A DNA stretch of 64,000 bases from Dipteris shenzhenensis (Eukaryota), in the NCBI GenBank assembly GCA_047967505.1, contig CM106538.1, one strand, 5' to 3'. Positions within the stretch are counted from its first letter, which is position 1. Each line of letters starts with the position of its first letter. Positions 11,264 to 24,570 of this stretch are shown here, piece by piece. The position numbers and the translations under genes were made by a program. The notes under the pieces are model-generated. The model saw nothing but the letters and a program-made list of their open reading frames with translations, was not told where the DNA came from and searched no databases.

Positions 11264-11750
11264 TTCCTCTATCTATCCCTCCTATACCAGTGAAGAAAAA
11301 AATGTCAAAAATCGTCTTGTAGTTTTATATATCATCTACCTCAATCTCATATATACCTTTGTAAGACTAGAATAAGTCCAATCATACAAATTTAGAATTT
11401 AGAATTTATCATCTACCTCAATCTCACCCTCTTCCTTATCTCTTGTCACAAACATATAGACAAAATGTGATACAAAAACGTATCTACTTAATACAAACAA
11501 AACTTTCAAGGCAAAATCACTCCATTACCTGGAAAGTATGTATTCCTTCTTCTGGAGTTCTCTATATACTCCAAGAAGATAGAGAAAGAGCTGAAAATGA
11601 TAGAACACCCGCTTTTCTCACTCCTTCGAAGTAGATTTAGGTCACAACTTCAAGAGGTGACTCTCTATACTCCAAAAAGATGAGCAAAGAATTAAAAATG
11701 AGAGAACACCCGTTTTTCTTACTCCTTCCAAGTAGATTTAGGTCGTAACT
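10500..11750. repeat. CT-rich low-complexity region with local duplications
   Basis: AACATAGCAGTT occurs three times (~10922, 11053, 11198). A ~90-bp block (CTCTATA...AGTAGATTTAGGTC) occurs twice at ~11560-11750. Confidence 0.7.
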
Positions 11751-13513
11751 TTGGTTTCTAATAAAGAGTGAAATAAGTAGAGAATGAATGAAAGAGAAGA
11801 GGGATGAACAGAGCTTGGACAGAAGTTTCTCTGATAGATTTTCAAATGTGGAAGAAAAACGTGAGCAAAGAGGAGAGAGAATGACTAAGCAAGAGTGGAA
11901 ATAATATATTTTAAAACCAGCTCCTAGAAAGTAGGGGAAATGAATGATTGAAACGTTTTGGAAGAGAGAGAATAGGGGGAGAGCTAGTTAGGAAGTCAAA
12001 ATTTGGGCCAAATGGTTGAACCAAATGGAAAACGTGAGCATAGTTCTAGCTAGGGGATAGTTTACCTTGGGAGGAAAATAAGGAGGCCTGACATGGTCAA
12101 GGTAGGCTTGTCAAAGATAATTTTTTATTGTGAACCACCAATGACGTTTTTTTGGGTATTTTGAGAAAAATACTAAAATTTTCCCTAGTTTTGGGGAGCC
12201 TTTGTTACAGAGATGTCCACATGGCATAATTCCTTCATGAATACCATATTCCCTTATCCAAGCCTCTAATATTTTAATAATTCTCCGAAGGGCCCCTTTT
12301 TTAGTTGAAATTTTTTGTAATGACATTGTCTAAAAGATTTAGCATATAATATTTAAGCAAGGTGATTGGAATATGAAGGGAGAGAAAAAGATGGGCATGC
12401 AGAGAACTAGAGAAATTAAAATATATGTTGATTTGAAGTTTCAACTAGATGAAATGTCTGCAACATAAAGCTTAAATCAATAAAGATGGTAACCATTCAT
12501 TTTCAATAATTAATAAATATGGGAACCATTCCTTTTCAAATACATAGTTACATGGGACTACAATCTTTTCAAGATGTGGGGATATAGATACATACAAGGA
12601 GCTAAATTTAAACCATAATACAATCCATGAATGCATGAACTCTGAAACGTGAGTACATCATAACATTTTAGTGAGTAGTTAGTTATGTGAATCGTTAAAT
12701 GAATCTTTTGGATGATCCTCTAATAACACATCAATTAGATCCGGTCCCACATCTACATCTAAATGTTGATCCAAAGAGAGCTTAAATCATCAATATCTTA
12801 TGGAGGTCATATAACCATTGGCTCATGACATAGAAGAGGAGTCCTAGAGGGGTGTTCTAGTGGTTGCTCCCATGCCATCTACTTTTGCATATTCTCTTTG
12901 TTGACGTCCTCATCTTAGAAGACATGTTGCTCCTTTAGTGCAACTTGAATCACATACCACCATTGTGCATCTAGGTCCATCAACAATGGCAAAATTGATC
13001 GTCCAAATTATCCAATAAGAATAGTATAAAAATGTATGTACCTCTCCATAATGATGAAATAGCACAAATGTTTGTACTTGTTCACAAAGACAAGATTGCA
13101 CAAAAATATATACATCTAGATAACGCGAATGTATCTGTATGGTCATCCCAAATTTTGGTTGTTAATGGGCAAAAAACCACTCAAATCTTTTCTCACAATT
13201 GCTTCAGCCCTCCTTGATTCCCTTTATGCATAATATTTTGCCAATTTAGATCTAATATAGCCCCTTTATATATAAGTTTTTGCCAATTAAAATATAATAT
13301 AGACATGTTGAATTCTCCAAAGCTCAAACTTATGATAGCTAGTATTGTTCTAACATAATCTAGCTCACTTTCCATTGTTTGGGTATCCTTTGCACTGAGT
13401 TCAACTCTTTGGGGAGAGGTTTGCCAAAAGCAAATTTGTGGAAACTTACATTTAGCTCCAATGGGTGGTGGTAACAAACTTCACAAGAATAACACTATGT
13501 GCTTATGCCTAGT

Positions 13514-13553
<40 letters not shown>

Positions 13554-13920
13554 CTTTGGTCGTTCTGCAGCCTTATGGGACTCTTCTCTCACCCCTGCTT
13601 AGATCCCATGGGCTGAGGAATCTCTTCTATCCTCAGCCAACTGGCGGAGATGGTCCCCTAGACAGCATACATAGGTTTCGTCACTCCGAGCGTCAGCTAA
13701 GCGGTTGGCCCACTATCAGGGATCTCCCTCCTTTTTTGGCGTTTTGGTTTTCTTACAAACAATCATTTGTGGACTCTTTAAAAGACAGCGTGCTGTACTC
13801 TATTGATATTCTTGGCTCAGATATCAACCTTGGGTCTGGATGCTCGCTTTATGGCCCCAGCCCTTAGCTTTTATTGTATCTGGTTTTCCTTCAGCCTTGT
13901 AGACCCTTTGATCTTTTGAG

Positions 13921-13961
<41 letters not shown>

Positions 13962-15520
13962 AAGATATGAACAGGGCAGGGCAAGGGGCAGGGAGTTGCT
14001 GTAATGGGGGGCACAGAGTACTGTAGGGAGGGTACTGTTCTTTTACATGAATGTATACCTGCCATAGGTCCTCCTGTATGATCTGATGAGTCTCTTGCTA
14101 TGTCAGATGCAAAAAGAAGACATCGAGTGCATACAAGTACGGTGGTAAATGATCGATAGACATGCCTGTCCCCCTCCAAATTCATTCAAATACTCCAAAT
14201 GGCAGTTACATTTTCAACAAAAACATGGAGACATGCCTGTAAATGAATCCAGGATATTTTCCAAGCTAACTGCTTAGCGCAAAAGGTGTAGACAAATCAA
14301 ATATCATGCTGGTAGGAAAATAAGAGACCAAAGGTCTCTCATCCAAGAGATCCAAGAGTCAGCTTGGATAAGTACTTTGCCCAGTTGTGTATGATGTCTC
14401 AACATGCTTGTCTTCACAGTCGCTCCAACAAGTTAGAAAATGGGACACCAAATACAAGCAAAACATCAACCACATCCCAGCTGTAACACTATCTCAAATA
14501 AATTGTCCGTTCTCTGCATATATAACAGTAAGCTTTGTATATGATTTGATCAACTAGTTCAAATTAGCCATTTTGGTGGTAGTATCAAGATCAATTTGAA
14601 CCCTTGATTAGGATGGCATTTAGTCAAATACATGATAAAGATAGTCTATGAGGTGAATTTCAGAGATATATCTAAATTCAACATATCAGAGAATGGAACA
14701 ACAATCCTTCCCATCATGCCCAATGAATCTACATTCAACTATTTTGAAACAAGAAAAATAATAAGGAAGACTAGAAAGACGATAGCCTAGAATACGAGCA
14801 AACTAAAAGGAAAACAAGGTCCCAGAATGAAATGGCTTATTCAGGCACTAAAAACACTATATTCAGAGATTTCACCAGATCTATCCTAGTAAGAAAGACC
14901 TAACAATATTAGGGGGAAACCATACTTGGACAGCCAAGTGGCACCTTCACTGTCTCAGTTATCTACATATTCTTGCATGCTGCCAGAATGCATGTAAAAC
15001 CTTTTAATAAAAACTGACAGATCAGGTCATACAAACTTACAGGATAGTTTTCCAATATCTATCTACAAAGAATATGGATCTCATATTAATGTTAACTATA
15101 ACAGTGTCTGCATCCCACTATTTTTCTGGAATGCCTTTGTCCTGCTTGCATTGTCTGCTTTTCCACCGAATTCTAATGAAAATCCTGTACGAAATCGCCT
15201 CATCAAATGTATGTCTCATACAACCACGAGTGAATAAACTATCATCTTCACTTTATATACAGAATAAAACACTTGCAAGTGTAAATTTTCAAAGAATAAA
15301 GAACAAGAATCCTTGTTGTGAGACAACTGAGTATACTGCCAAATGAGACTGACTCCCGCTCCAGAATTGGAAGCAGGAAATGAAGGCTCCATACTAACAC
15401 GATAGTCGCCAGAAAACATTCAATAAACAGAAAAGCTGTATGTCTCAGTGTCACCTTTATGAGAGATTTTAGATATGCAAGGGATTCATGCATGATGAAT
15501 GTTTGTTTCATATGTACATG

Positions 15521-15785
15521 AGAGTCCTCTACCTTAGTGATAGGATCTTGAACCTATGTGCAGGGGGTCATGGGTTCAATCCCCAAGTGCAGGTGCAATT
15601 GAGGTGAAATTTTTGATAGCCGATCACGTCTGCTCTCTCAGGATTTCTGAGTTTCGAGTTTTGAGTACTAGCTCGAGTTTCTTAGTATAGCAAGCACCCT
15701 AAGTGAGCCCTTTGCCTCAGCCCACAGAGGCTTGTATGAGTCACTCTTTTATTGTACCTTGTCTCATAGGCCCGTGAGGCCTCCT

Positions 15786-15833
<48 letters not shown>

Positions 15834-15860
15834 CTATCTATGTATCTATCTATCTACACA
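15521..15860 (+). mobile_element. Possible tRNA-derived SINE
   Basis: Box A-like TACCTTAGTGA at 15530-15540, box B GGTTCAATCCC at 15573-15583 and a simple-repeat (CT/ATCT) tail. No TSD identified. Confidence 0.45.
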
Positions 15861-16329
15861 CACTTTTTTTTAAAGTGAAATCCAGGTATCTTTATATTAC
15901 AACTTACAAGAGGATGTGGAAATAGTAGAACATGGAAGAAGTAGGCTCTATAAAGACTCTATGGTTCCTGTGTGCCCAATACAGTGCCCATGTGGAAAAA
16001 AGATCAAATTCTGCCCTCCGTGGATGAATGCCAAAGATCCAAAAAAGCTTGCCAAAACAAGAAGTTGGAAATAGGGCCTCAAGGCGCTGCTGAGGAAGTC
16101 ACGGGTAATAGGATGAGCAAGTATCACATGTGACATACAGCGTGCGCGAGCGCACACACGTGCGTGCGTGCGTGTGTCCTAGTTTCCTCAAATGTGGTAT
16201 ATTTATATGGAGCCTAGTTCCCTCAAATGTGATTATATCTATATAGAGCCTAATCAATGTGGTAATTAATGATTTAATGTCATTTACTGTGGATCCCTCT
16301 CTTGTTATATATATATATAGAGAGAGAGA

Positions 16330-16760
16330 GAGAAAGAAAGTTTATTAAAGTCTTTGGAAGACTGATGGGTCTATGAGACTGTGAAAATCCTGGTACGAAC
16401 AAGCTATGAGGGTGGAGCTACAAAACGAGCATCCACACCAATGCAGAATGCAAAAAATGCAAAATGATAATACTTAAGTACAACATAGCCATGTCAGTGG
16501 TCGACTACATATCAATATTATCACCATCATCATCATCATCAGTACATCAAGATGAATGAGGCAATGGAGGCATAAAATCCGCGATAGAGTGGACAAGGCA
16601 TTGGAAGCTATGAGAAAAACCCCCTTCTCTACGAGGAAAGCCCCCACTAGCTAGGATTAGAGGGGCGATCTGCAGGCATCCCAGCCTTGCAGGCGTCCTG
16701 TAACGGAGGTGCCCTGCGAACCCAACAGGCCCAATCTGCTCTCCCGTCACGCCCATGCCG
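16330..16760 (-). mobile_element. 3' end fragment of an RTEX-like LINE
   Basis: AAAGAAAGTTTATTAAAGTCTT...GGGTCTATGAGACTGTGAAAATCC closely matches the LINE tail at ~29555 and is the reverse complement of the tail at ~46080-46183. Confidence 0.8.
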
Positions 16761-16764
16761 TGAG

Positions 16765-18110
16765 CCAGGTCTACAAATTGAAAAGGATATCTGATGGCGG
16801 CATAGATCGGTTCAAAGCCCGCCTTGTTGCAAAAGGATATGCTCAAAAACAAGACATTGATTTTGAGGAGACCTTTGCTCCCACTCCCAGGATTACCACC
16901 ATCAAATGTGTCATTGCCATCGCAGCCCACAGGCATTGGCAGCTGCATCAGCTTGACATCAAAACTGCCTTTCTTCATGGGGATTTACAAGAAGAGGTAT
17001 ATGTGTCACAACCTCCTGGCTTTGAGGTTGTTGGATTTTTAAAAAAAAGTATGCCTTTTTTCTCATGCTTGACATGATGTACTCACGCACTTGAGCTTGC
17101 TCTGCGGTTATTATTCATACTTAATGAAGTACTTTTCTTGAAAAAAAAAAAACAAGGTATGCCGGCTGCGAAAAGCCCTTTATGGATTGAAGCAAGCACC
17201 CAAGGCATGGTATGGTAAAATTCATGCACACTTACTGTCCCTTGGTTTTCAGAACAGTTCTACAGAGCCCACTCTTTATGCCCGTGGAAGTGGTCCTGAT
17301 TTTTTGGTGCTGATTTTGTATGTGGATGACATGCTGATTACTGGCCCCGATACTCAGCATATTTCAGATTTTAAGGCTGATTTGCAGCAGTCATTTAAAA
17401 TGTCAGATTTGGGACAGATGCACTATTACTTGGGCATTCAGTTTGCTCATGTTGAGGTGGCTATTATGATGACTCAGTCCAAGTACATTGGACAGCTCCT
17501 TGAACATTTCCTCTTTGAGGATTGCAAGCCAATCTCTACTCCAATGGAACCTGGCTTCAAATTCTCTGCTCCTGACGGAGTCCACCATGTGATGTCACCC
17601 TCTACCAGGAGGCTGTTGGATGTCTCATTTACTTGTGCCACACCCGTCCTAATTTACAGTATGCTGTATCCCACCTCAACCAGTTCACGCATATGCCTAG
17701 TTCACAGCATTGGCAGGCAGTGGAGAGTCTTCAGATATCTTAGAGGTACTCACGATTTAGGTCTCTTCTATGCTGATCAGGGTTCACTTGTCATGCACGC
17801 TTACACGGATAGTGATTGGGCAGGTTGTTCTGACACTAGTGTCCCACATTGGTAACTGTTTTTTGCTTGGTAACTCATGCATCTCTTGGCTCAGCAAAAG
17901 GCTACCTACAGTTGCCACTTCCAGCTGTGAGGCTGAGTACAAGGCAGCCTTCACTGCTACAGTTGAGTGTGTCTGGCTTCGACAATTACTTTCAGATCTT
18001 GATATATGTCAGCCATCCTCCACTACTCTCGACATTAACAACCAGAGTGCTTTGGCCATTGCGCGTAATCCAATCTTTTATGCGCGTACCAAGCACATTG
18101 AGGTTCCATG
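16765..18110 (+). mobile_element. Ty1/Copia RT-RNase H fragment
   Basis: [52 protein letters not shown]. Closely similar to 62020-63250. Confidence 0.92.
17036..17145. mobile_element. Small MITE-like insertion in the Copia RT
   Basis: Absent from the sister copy (62281 GTTGGTTCTAAAAACAAGG). Its ends TTTTTAAAAAAAAGTA / TACTTTTCTTGAAAAA are imperfect inverted repeats. Confidence 0.55.
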
Positions 18111-18368
18111 CTAGTCGCCTAAAAGAGACATTAGGCAAGGCAGATAACTTGGTTTCAGCAGAGGATCTTGCCCGAATTACAAGATCTGTCGAAGTATATC
18201 CCTCATGAACCAAAAGCAGTTCTCGATTATAGAGAAAGATCCCTCAAAAGTAGCATGGTCCCAGAACTTCTTATCAAATGCAAGGACAAATCTAATGATG
18301 ACAACTCTTGCGAGTGTTGCAACCTTAGACATATTGATGTCATTTTGTCCAACTCATACAAACCCTGA
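18104..18368 (+). mobile_element. Ty3/Gypsy integrase C-terminus and chromodomain remnant
   Basis: FHASRLK (end of the GPY/F module), then EPKAVLDYRER...LLIKCKD...DNSCE, which resembles a chromodomain. Confidence 0.6.
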
Positions 18369-18449
18369 TTCAAAGTGCCTATAATGACTATTGATTGTCT
18401 TTTATATTGCGCTTATCATCTTCAAAAACGACAACCAAGCCTCTCTGTT

Positions 18450-20559
18450 TCAAAAGAGGACATAGAAAGTAAATTCTTCTTTATCCCTAGTGCATACAAG
18501 ACATCTAGAAGGCTTGAGATCAGTCTCACTAACCGATGATAGCAAAGTCCTTCCAATTCCATTCATGATATGAAGAATTGTTGGCACAAGACACTCTCTT
18601 GCCAACAAGAGCAGGCAGCAAAACTACAAGTAAATTCTTCCTGGAAGTAATCAAATTACCATACAACATCTGAGGCATCACTCACACTGAGTCAGGCAAC
18701 CTCATGGTCACTGGTCGGCATCACATATGCCATCATAACTGCAAAACCAAAAAAGAACACTCTTTTGTAACAAGGTTTATTGAAGAACTACCCTCGTTTA
18801 CATCTTACGCATTTCAATCTGAACCTATCATTCCATCTTCTTTTTCCTTTCTTTCTCCAACCTTTTCCTGCAATCATTGATGTGATCTCCAAGCTTCTTG
18901 ACTTGGGCCGATTGAACCAGTCTTGGACTAAGAGCCACCGAAATGAGGCTTATATTTGCCTTTAGCCAACAAGAGTCGATCATGCACATGATCACACATA
19001 GTTTCCTTGTATGTTCTTTTAGTAGCAACAACCCCACAAGTTCCTGAAAAGTAAGTGGAACTAATTGCCCCACATGCACAAATTCGAAGAGCTATCAAAA
19101 GTCAAGTAAGTATCTTGCACAAAATTCAAAGTTGTAGATATAAGCTGATTATCATGTATAACGTCATCAATGTTCAGCAATTGCTCTCTAAGATTCTTGA
19201 TCTTAGTCAAATGATCTAACAACGAGTCACCTTTCAGCATTTTGGCATTATCAAGCTCTTTTTTCAAGAAAGAGACCCTGGCCACATTCCTTGCCTTATA
19301 CATATTCTCCAACGTATACCAAGCTCACTTGGAAGTCCTAGAGGAGCGGATATGAGGTATGAGGAACCTCTTCACAGACAAGGCAATGAGTGACAAAGCC
19401 TGGCATCCCATCTCCTTTGATCCTGAGTAGGGGCAACAAGTGCAACTGGTAAAACATACCTTACTTCTACCTATTGTCTATTACAAGGATTACCTCCTTG
19501 ATAATGTGTACCAAGAGCAATGGCTACATCTAACTGCATAGGCATCTTCATGTGTGACAAAACTGCATGGACTCTTTGCAACAAAAAGATTCTTTCACAT
19601 AAAGCTCCACAGGGAGTAATTGGTGCCATCCAATTTATCATTCTGGGCTGAATCTCCTAAAACATTCGAGTTGATTTGACTGCTGTTTTGCTCAAAAACG
19701 ACATGCAGCTGAGTGCTTTTTCACTGAAACTGGCCGGGGTAGCAAGATAGCCTCCCCCGACATGGGAAAAGTCGAAACAGGTCTGAAAACCACCTAAAAG
19801 TGAGGCGACAAGTCAAAACGCGTACGTGGCCTGTTCTGAACAGCAACATCAGATCTGGTACAGTTCAAAATTATGACTGTAGCAACCATAAAATGCACTC
19901 TGGAGACTCCTTCTGTAGGGGGCCAGTGCAAAAACAGGTGCAGTAGGTCCCGAACAGCAAAAATGCCTCACAAAATAGCTCAACCAGCACTGTTTTGGCT
20001 CCAGATGAAGGCACCTGATTCAAAACTCCTCAAGGAGTGAGGCAACTCCTTCAAGACAGAAAATCGGTACTGATACTGATCGAAACAGGTCAAACGGTAA
20101 CGGCTCTCCCTGTTTTTTGGGCGCCCAGTAGGAGAACAGCTGCAAGAGTACGTACACTCTGCACCAAAATTGACCTTGAATTCACCGAAAAACAGGGTGG
20201 CTGATCAACAACGGGCTGGAGCAGCAACTTCCTCGTAAGAAATTCAAGTTCTTCTCAACAAAAATTGTCCCCAAGGGCACAAGAGTTGAGGGGAGGTGCA
20301 TGGGAGCAAGGGGCAGCTTGCTCTAATACCAAATCTAAGGTATTGGACATGGAGAAGAAGTTGCAAGAATGAGATACAAGAGGGATATCAATATGATAAG
20401 ACCCTAAAACCCTAGCATGAATTAAAACTCACTCAATTGCCAGCTCAACCATAAAGTATGGTTAGGGGGAAACCCCTACAAGGAAAAAGTGCCCCTAACC
20501 CTCCTAATTAATAAATACATTGGCCACTAGTGGCCTTAAATATAACAATATTTCCAACA
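18450..20559 (-). mobile_element. Degenerate Copia 5' part: LTR (~20334-20559), PBS and gag
   Basis: PBS variant TGGTATTAGAGC at 20320-20331 (minus). The LTR begins TGTTGG at 20559. Gag-like FLKKELDNAKMLKGDSLLDHLTKIKNLREQL. Confidence 0.75.
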
Positions 20560-20599
20560 ATAAGGATTCTCACGATATTGAGAACACTATCTTTGAGAG

Positions 20600-20958
20600 T
20601 AAGGTTAGAAATCACTATACAATCCGAAATGGCTCGTTGTTTCATAGGTGAAAAAGTACGTATGCGTGATAGGGATGACATACAGAAAAAGATTTCTTAT
20701 GAACATCATGACAACCATAGTACAGATCATCTTGGTGTACAAAGGACTTACGATTTCGTCAAAAGGAACTTTTGTTGGATAAAAATGAGAATGTATGTAC
20801 AGGACTATGTGTGAAAATGTCAACAATGCCAAATTAATAGGGTAGAAGGCTCTAAGATTGGAGGCATGTTGTATCCTTTGCACATTCTCAATGCTTATGG
20901 GAAGGTCTATCTATGGATTTTGTAAGGGTTATCCCGACAAATAAAGGACATGATGCAT
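20600..20958 (+). mobile_element. Ty3/Gypsy integrase zinc-binding fragment
   Basis: HDNHSTDHLGVQRTY...YV*KCQQCQ...LSMDF. Confidence 0.75.
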
Positions 20959-23900
20959 TGAGTCATAGCTTACCGACACACCATGGGCTATCCATAGATG
21001 CCACTTATACCTTGGTATGAGCCTTGTAGGCCTAGTTATAGCCAGTTAGGACTATTGGTACAGTTAGTTTATGTACCATCTTGGTACAGTTAGTTTATGT
21101 ACCATCTAGGTCAGTTAGGACACTTAGTCTAGTTAGGGTAGTTAGCCCTAGGGTTTTGTTATGCTGGCTCTCCCTTGAGCCTCCACAACTCAGTTTTGCA
21201 GCAATCTATTACAGCATCTCGTTTTTCTTCATTGTGCTTCCATTTTTGAGCTTCCATTGCTTCCAACACCCAACTGTGGTATCAGAGCAAGTCGGGAATC
21301 CATTCCCTCATCCATTGACAGCTTTCTCAAGCTGTTTGGCAGCCTTTTGAGCTCTCATTCTTGCTGATTTGCTCAGTTTTTTGAGGTTTCCTACACATCT
21401 ATGAGGACCTGTGACCTCCTCGAGCATTTCTGTCGCGGGAACTTCACTCTTGGCACAGGAAATCAGTGTTTTGGAGCTTTTTCTGCTGAAATCGGTGCAT
21501 TTACTGCACATTTATTGCTCGCAACATCTATACGGAATTCTGTACGCCCTATATGGACTGTATGGATTTCGCACGTCTGAATTCCGTACACCTGTACGGA
21601 CCTGTCAGACTATGTATGGACCTGTCAGACTGCTGTACGATTTCTGTACGGCCCTATCAGACATCATTTAATGCTGTGCGAAATCTGTACGGACCTTTTT
21701 GCTTGCATTTAAGGCTGTACGGACTGTGTACGGACCTGTCAGCAACATTTATTGCAGTACGGACTGCGTCAGCAAGCATTTACTGCAATACGGAGCTGCC
21801 TCACGGTGCGTGCCAGTTATATTGAAGGTTTCTCAGCATTTTCGAGCTGCCTCGTGCTGCGTGCCGACATTTATGAATTCACCCGGAGACTTCTCTTTGA
21901 GCCCTTCCCTCCTCATTTGGCATCCCTTTGCCTCGGGCTGCGAGTTTGTCTCCATTGGATCTCTTTCTCTCCATTTCTAAGTGCTCTCCTTTTCGTGGGA
22001 GCACTTCTTTTGTTGCAATTCTCATTTCCAACCCTCAGTTGCTCGCTTTCAGAGCCTGTCACTGCTGTACATCATTGGGTAAGCCGTTGTTGCATTGGCT
22101 TTTTCCAATATCTGCTTCATTTGCATTTTGGAAACGCCTTGTGTTGCCTTGGAAGGCCTCGTGTTGCCTTTGGGAATTTTTCTTGCAACAGGTACACCTT
22201 GGGACAGCAGAGTCTTTTGCAGACATAAGCTTTGAAGCTTGGGCAGATTTTCAGCACTTGATTCTGAGAGGTTGCCTTTCTCTCATTTGCTTTGCCAGTT
22301 GGTGCATTTGCCTTGTATTTCATCACCATGTCTAGTGGCAAAAATGATTTGTTTGGGCTGATTGGGACTGATGACAAGCTTGATGGCACCAATTACCCCA
22401 TGTGGTCATACATGATGGGACATGTTTTGGTTGCCAAGAATCTATGAGATATTGTTTTAGGTTCTGAGGCTAGGCCTACACGCACTGTCTCCGCAGGCGA
22501 GGGTTGCCTATCTCCGCAAGCAGTTGATAGATTTAAATCTTAATGAGGGTGGTAACATGGATGCCTATCTCACTAATGTGAAGGATTTGAAAGAGCATTT
22601 GGCCAACATTGATGAGATTACGCTTGATTCTCAGCTGGTTTCTAATACCCTTGATGGGTTGCCTGATTCATATCAAGGCTTTGCCACTAAATTGAGGTTG
22701 GTTGCAGGGGGTGATGCCAATCATTTCTCATTTAACCAGCTTGTTGCTCTTCCTCTTCAGGAGGAGCAAAGCCGTGTGAATCGCAATGCTACTATGGCTA
22801 GTGATCAAGCATTTGCTGCCCATCACAACCAAAGAGATAAAGGCAAGGTTTCAGCTGGAAAGCCCTCTCATTTACTCGCATCCTGCTTTTTTGGGGGAGG
22901 GCAAGGCCCATACCTCGTTATAGACCTCCCTACCATTAGATAGGGACGAATGAAAATGACCAAACCATGTCCACGGAATGCAGGGCATTCCCATGCTGAT
23001 CATTCACATGGTGCCTCAGGGGATAACAAAAAGAAGAAGAGATGTCATTATTGCAGGAAACCTGGGCATGATATTTCTGAATGCAGGAAGCGCATAGCAT
23101 CTGAAAAGAAAAAGAAAGAGACTGGTCTTGCAGTATCTAGTTCTTCTAGTGCACACGATCGACATGAGTCCGCTAATTTCGCACAAGACCACCATTGGGC
23201 TTTCTTGGTTACATGTCAGTATAATCCTGATGTTCATGATGCTTATATGGCAATTTCAAATGTTCATGATGCCTGGTTCTTTCATAGTGGTGCTAGCAAG
23301 CACATCACTTCCTCTAGGAAGTTATTCAGCTCATTGGAGCTTACAACTAAGGGGGGCAGTGTCACATGTGACAATAATGCATCGTATACCGAGAAAGGTA
23401 TTGGGAAAGTTGCTCTTTTGTCTCTGGTGGTATTGTCACTCTAGAGCATGTGCTTTATGTTCCAAGCATTCGTTTTCAGCCATTGCTACATGTGGCTTTC
23501 AGGTTATTTTTTATGGTGTGAGGTGTGCAGTGTATGATGTTACACATGCCTTTACCCTGGTTTTTACTGGCACATTGTCTAGCGGTCTTTACAGACTTGA
23601 TGCTTATGACAGATTTTCAGATGATGATGCTGCACTTGCCAATGCACATGCCTCTACTATTGATTCTACATGGCAGATACTCATTTGTGGCATGAGAGGT
23701 TTGGGCACCTCAATTTTGGAGTCTTGGTGAAGTTATAAAAGGAAGATATGGTTGTGGATCTTCCCAAAATGCATATACCTATCAAACATGTTTGTGAACC
23801 ATGCTTACTTGGTAAGATACACCGTGCTGCGTTTCCCAAGGATGGGAGAGTTGGTGCTTCACGCAAGCTTTACCTGGTTCATAGTGATGTTTGTGGACCC

Positions 23901-24570
23901 ACGAGGGTTGCAGTGCTTGGGGGATTCTACTATTTTGTTACTTTTATTGATGATTTCACCAGGTACACTTGGATTTTCGCATTGAAATCCAAGTCTGATG
24001 TTTCTTCATGCTTCAAGCACTTTATTGCCTTGGCTGAGAATGAGAGTGGGCTGCACATTGCTGACATTAACACAGACAGGGGGGGTGAATACATGTCGAA
24101 CAGAGTTTGCTGTTCTTTTGGCTTCCCGTGGCATTAATCATCGATGCACGGTGCCTTATACTCCTCAACAGAATCCCGTGGCTGAGCGGAAGAATAGATC
24201 AGTGATGGAAATGGCCATATGCATGTTGAAAGGCAAACATTTGCCTAATAAGTTGTGGTTGGATGCGGTCATGTGTGCAAATTACATCTTGAATAGACGT
24301 CCTACAAAGGCATTGCAGACTATCACTCACACCTTATGAGGCTTGGACGGGTCATAAGCCTCGCATTTCCCACACGAGGACTTTTGGATGCTTAGATTAT
24401 GCTCATGTGCCTTCACAGAGACCCACTAAGTTGGATGATAAAGCTGTTAAATGCATTTTTCTTGGGTATAGTTCAAAGAGCAGGGGCTATAAGCTATATC
24501 AGCCCCGCACGGGCAAGTGTTTTGTTAGTCGGGATGTTGTGTTTTATGAATCTTCCACTATGCCTTTGTT
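20959..24570 (+). mobile_element. Degenerate Copia element: 5' LTR, PBS, gag-protease-integrase; truncated by a later insertion
   Basis: PBS TGGTATCAGAGC at 21277-21288. KLDGTNYPMW, CHYCRKPGHDISEC knuckle, WFFHSGASKH, VHSDVCGP, FIDDFTRYTW, PQQNPVAERKNR. The LTR start is approximate. Confidence 0.9.

Noticed and set aside
12100-12870. Right terminal inverted repeat of the DNA transposon (e.g. ...TTATTGTG at ~12132, TAGTG at ~12860)
   Set aside because: Short matches expected by chance, and the left end is outside the window, so no pairing or TSD can be tested.
14900-15070. Possible minus-strand host micro-exons (AG...GTAAGT, ...GTATG)
   Set aside because: Splice-like signals only; no recognisable protein.
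15863-16140. 3' end of a second L1 on the minus strand
   Set aside because: Only brief resemblance to 56890-56920; too short to call.
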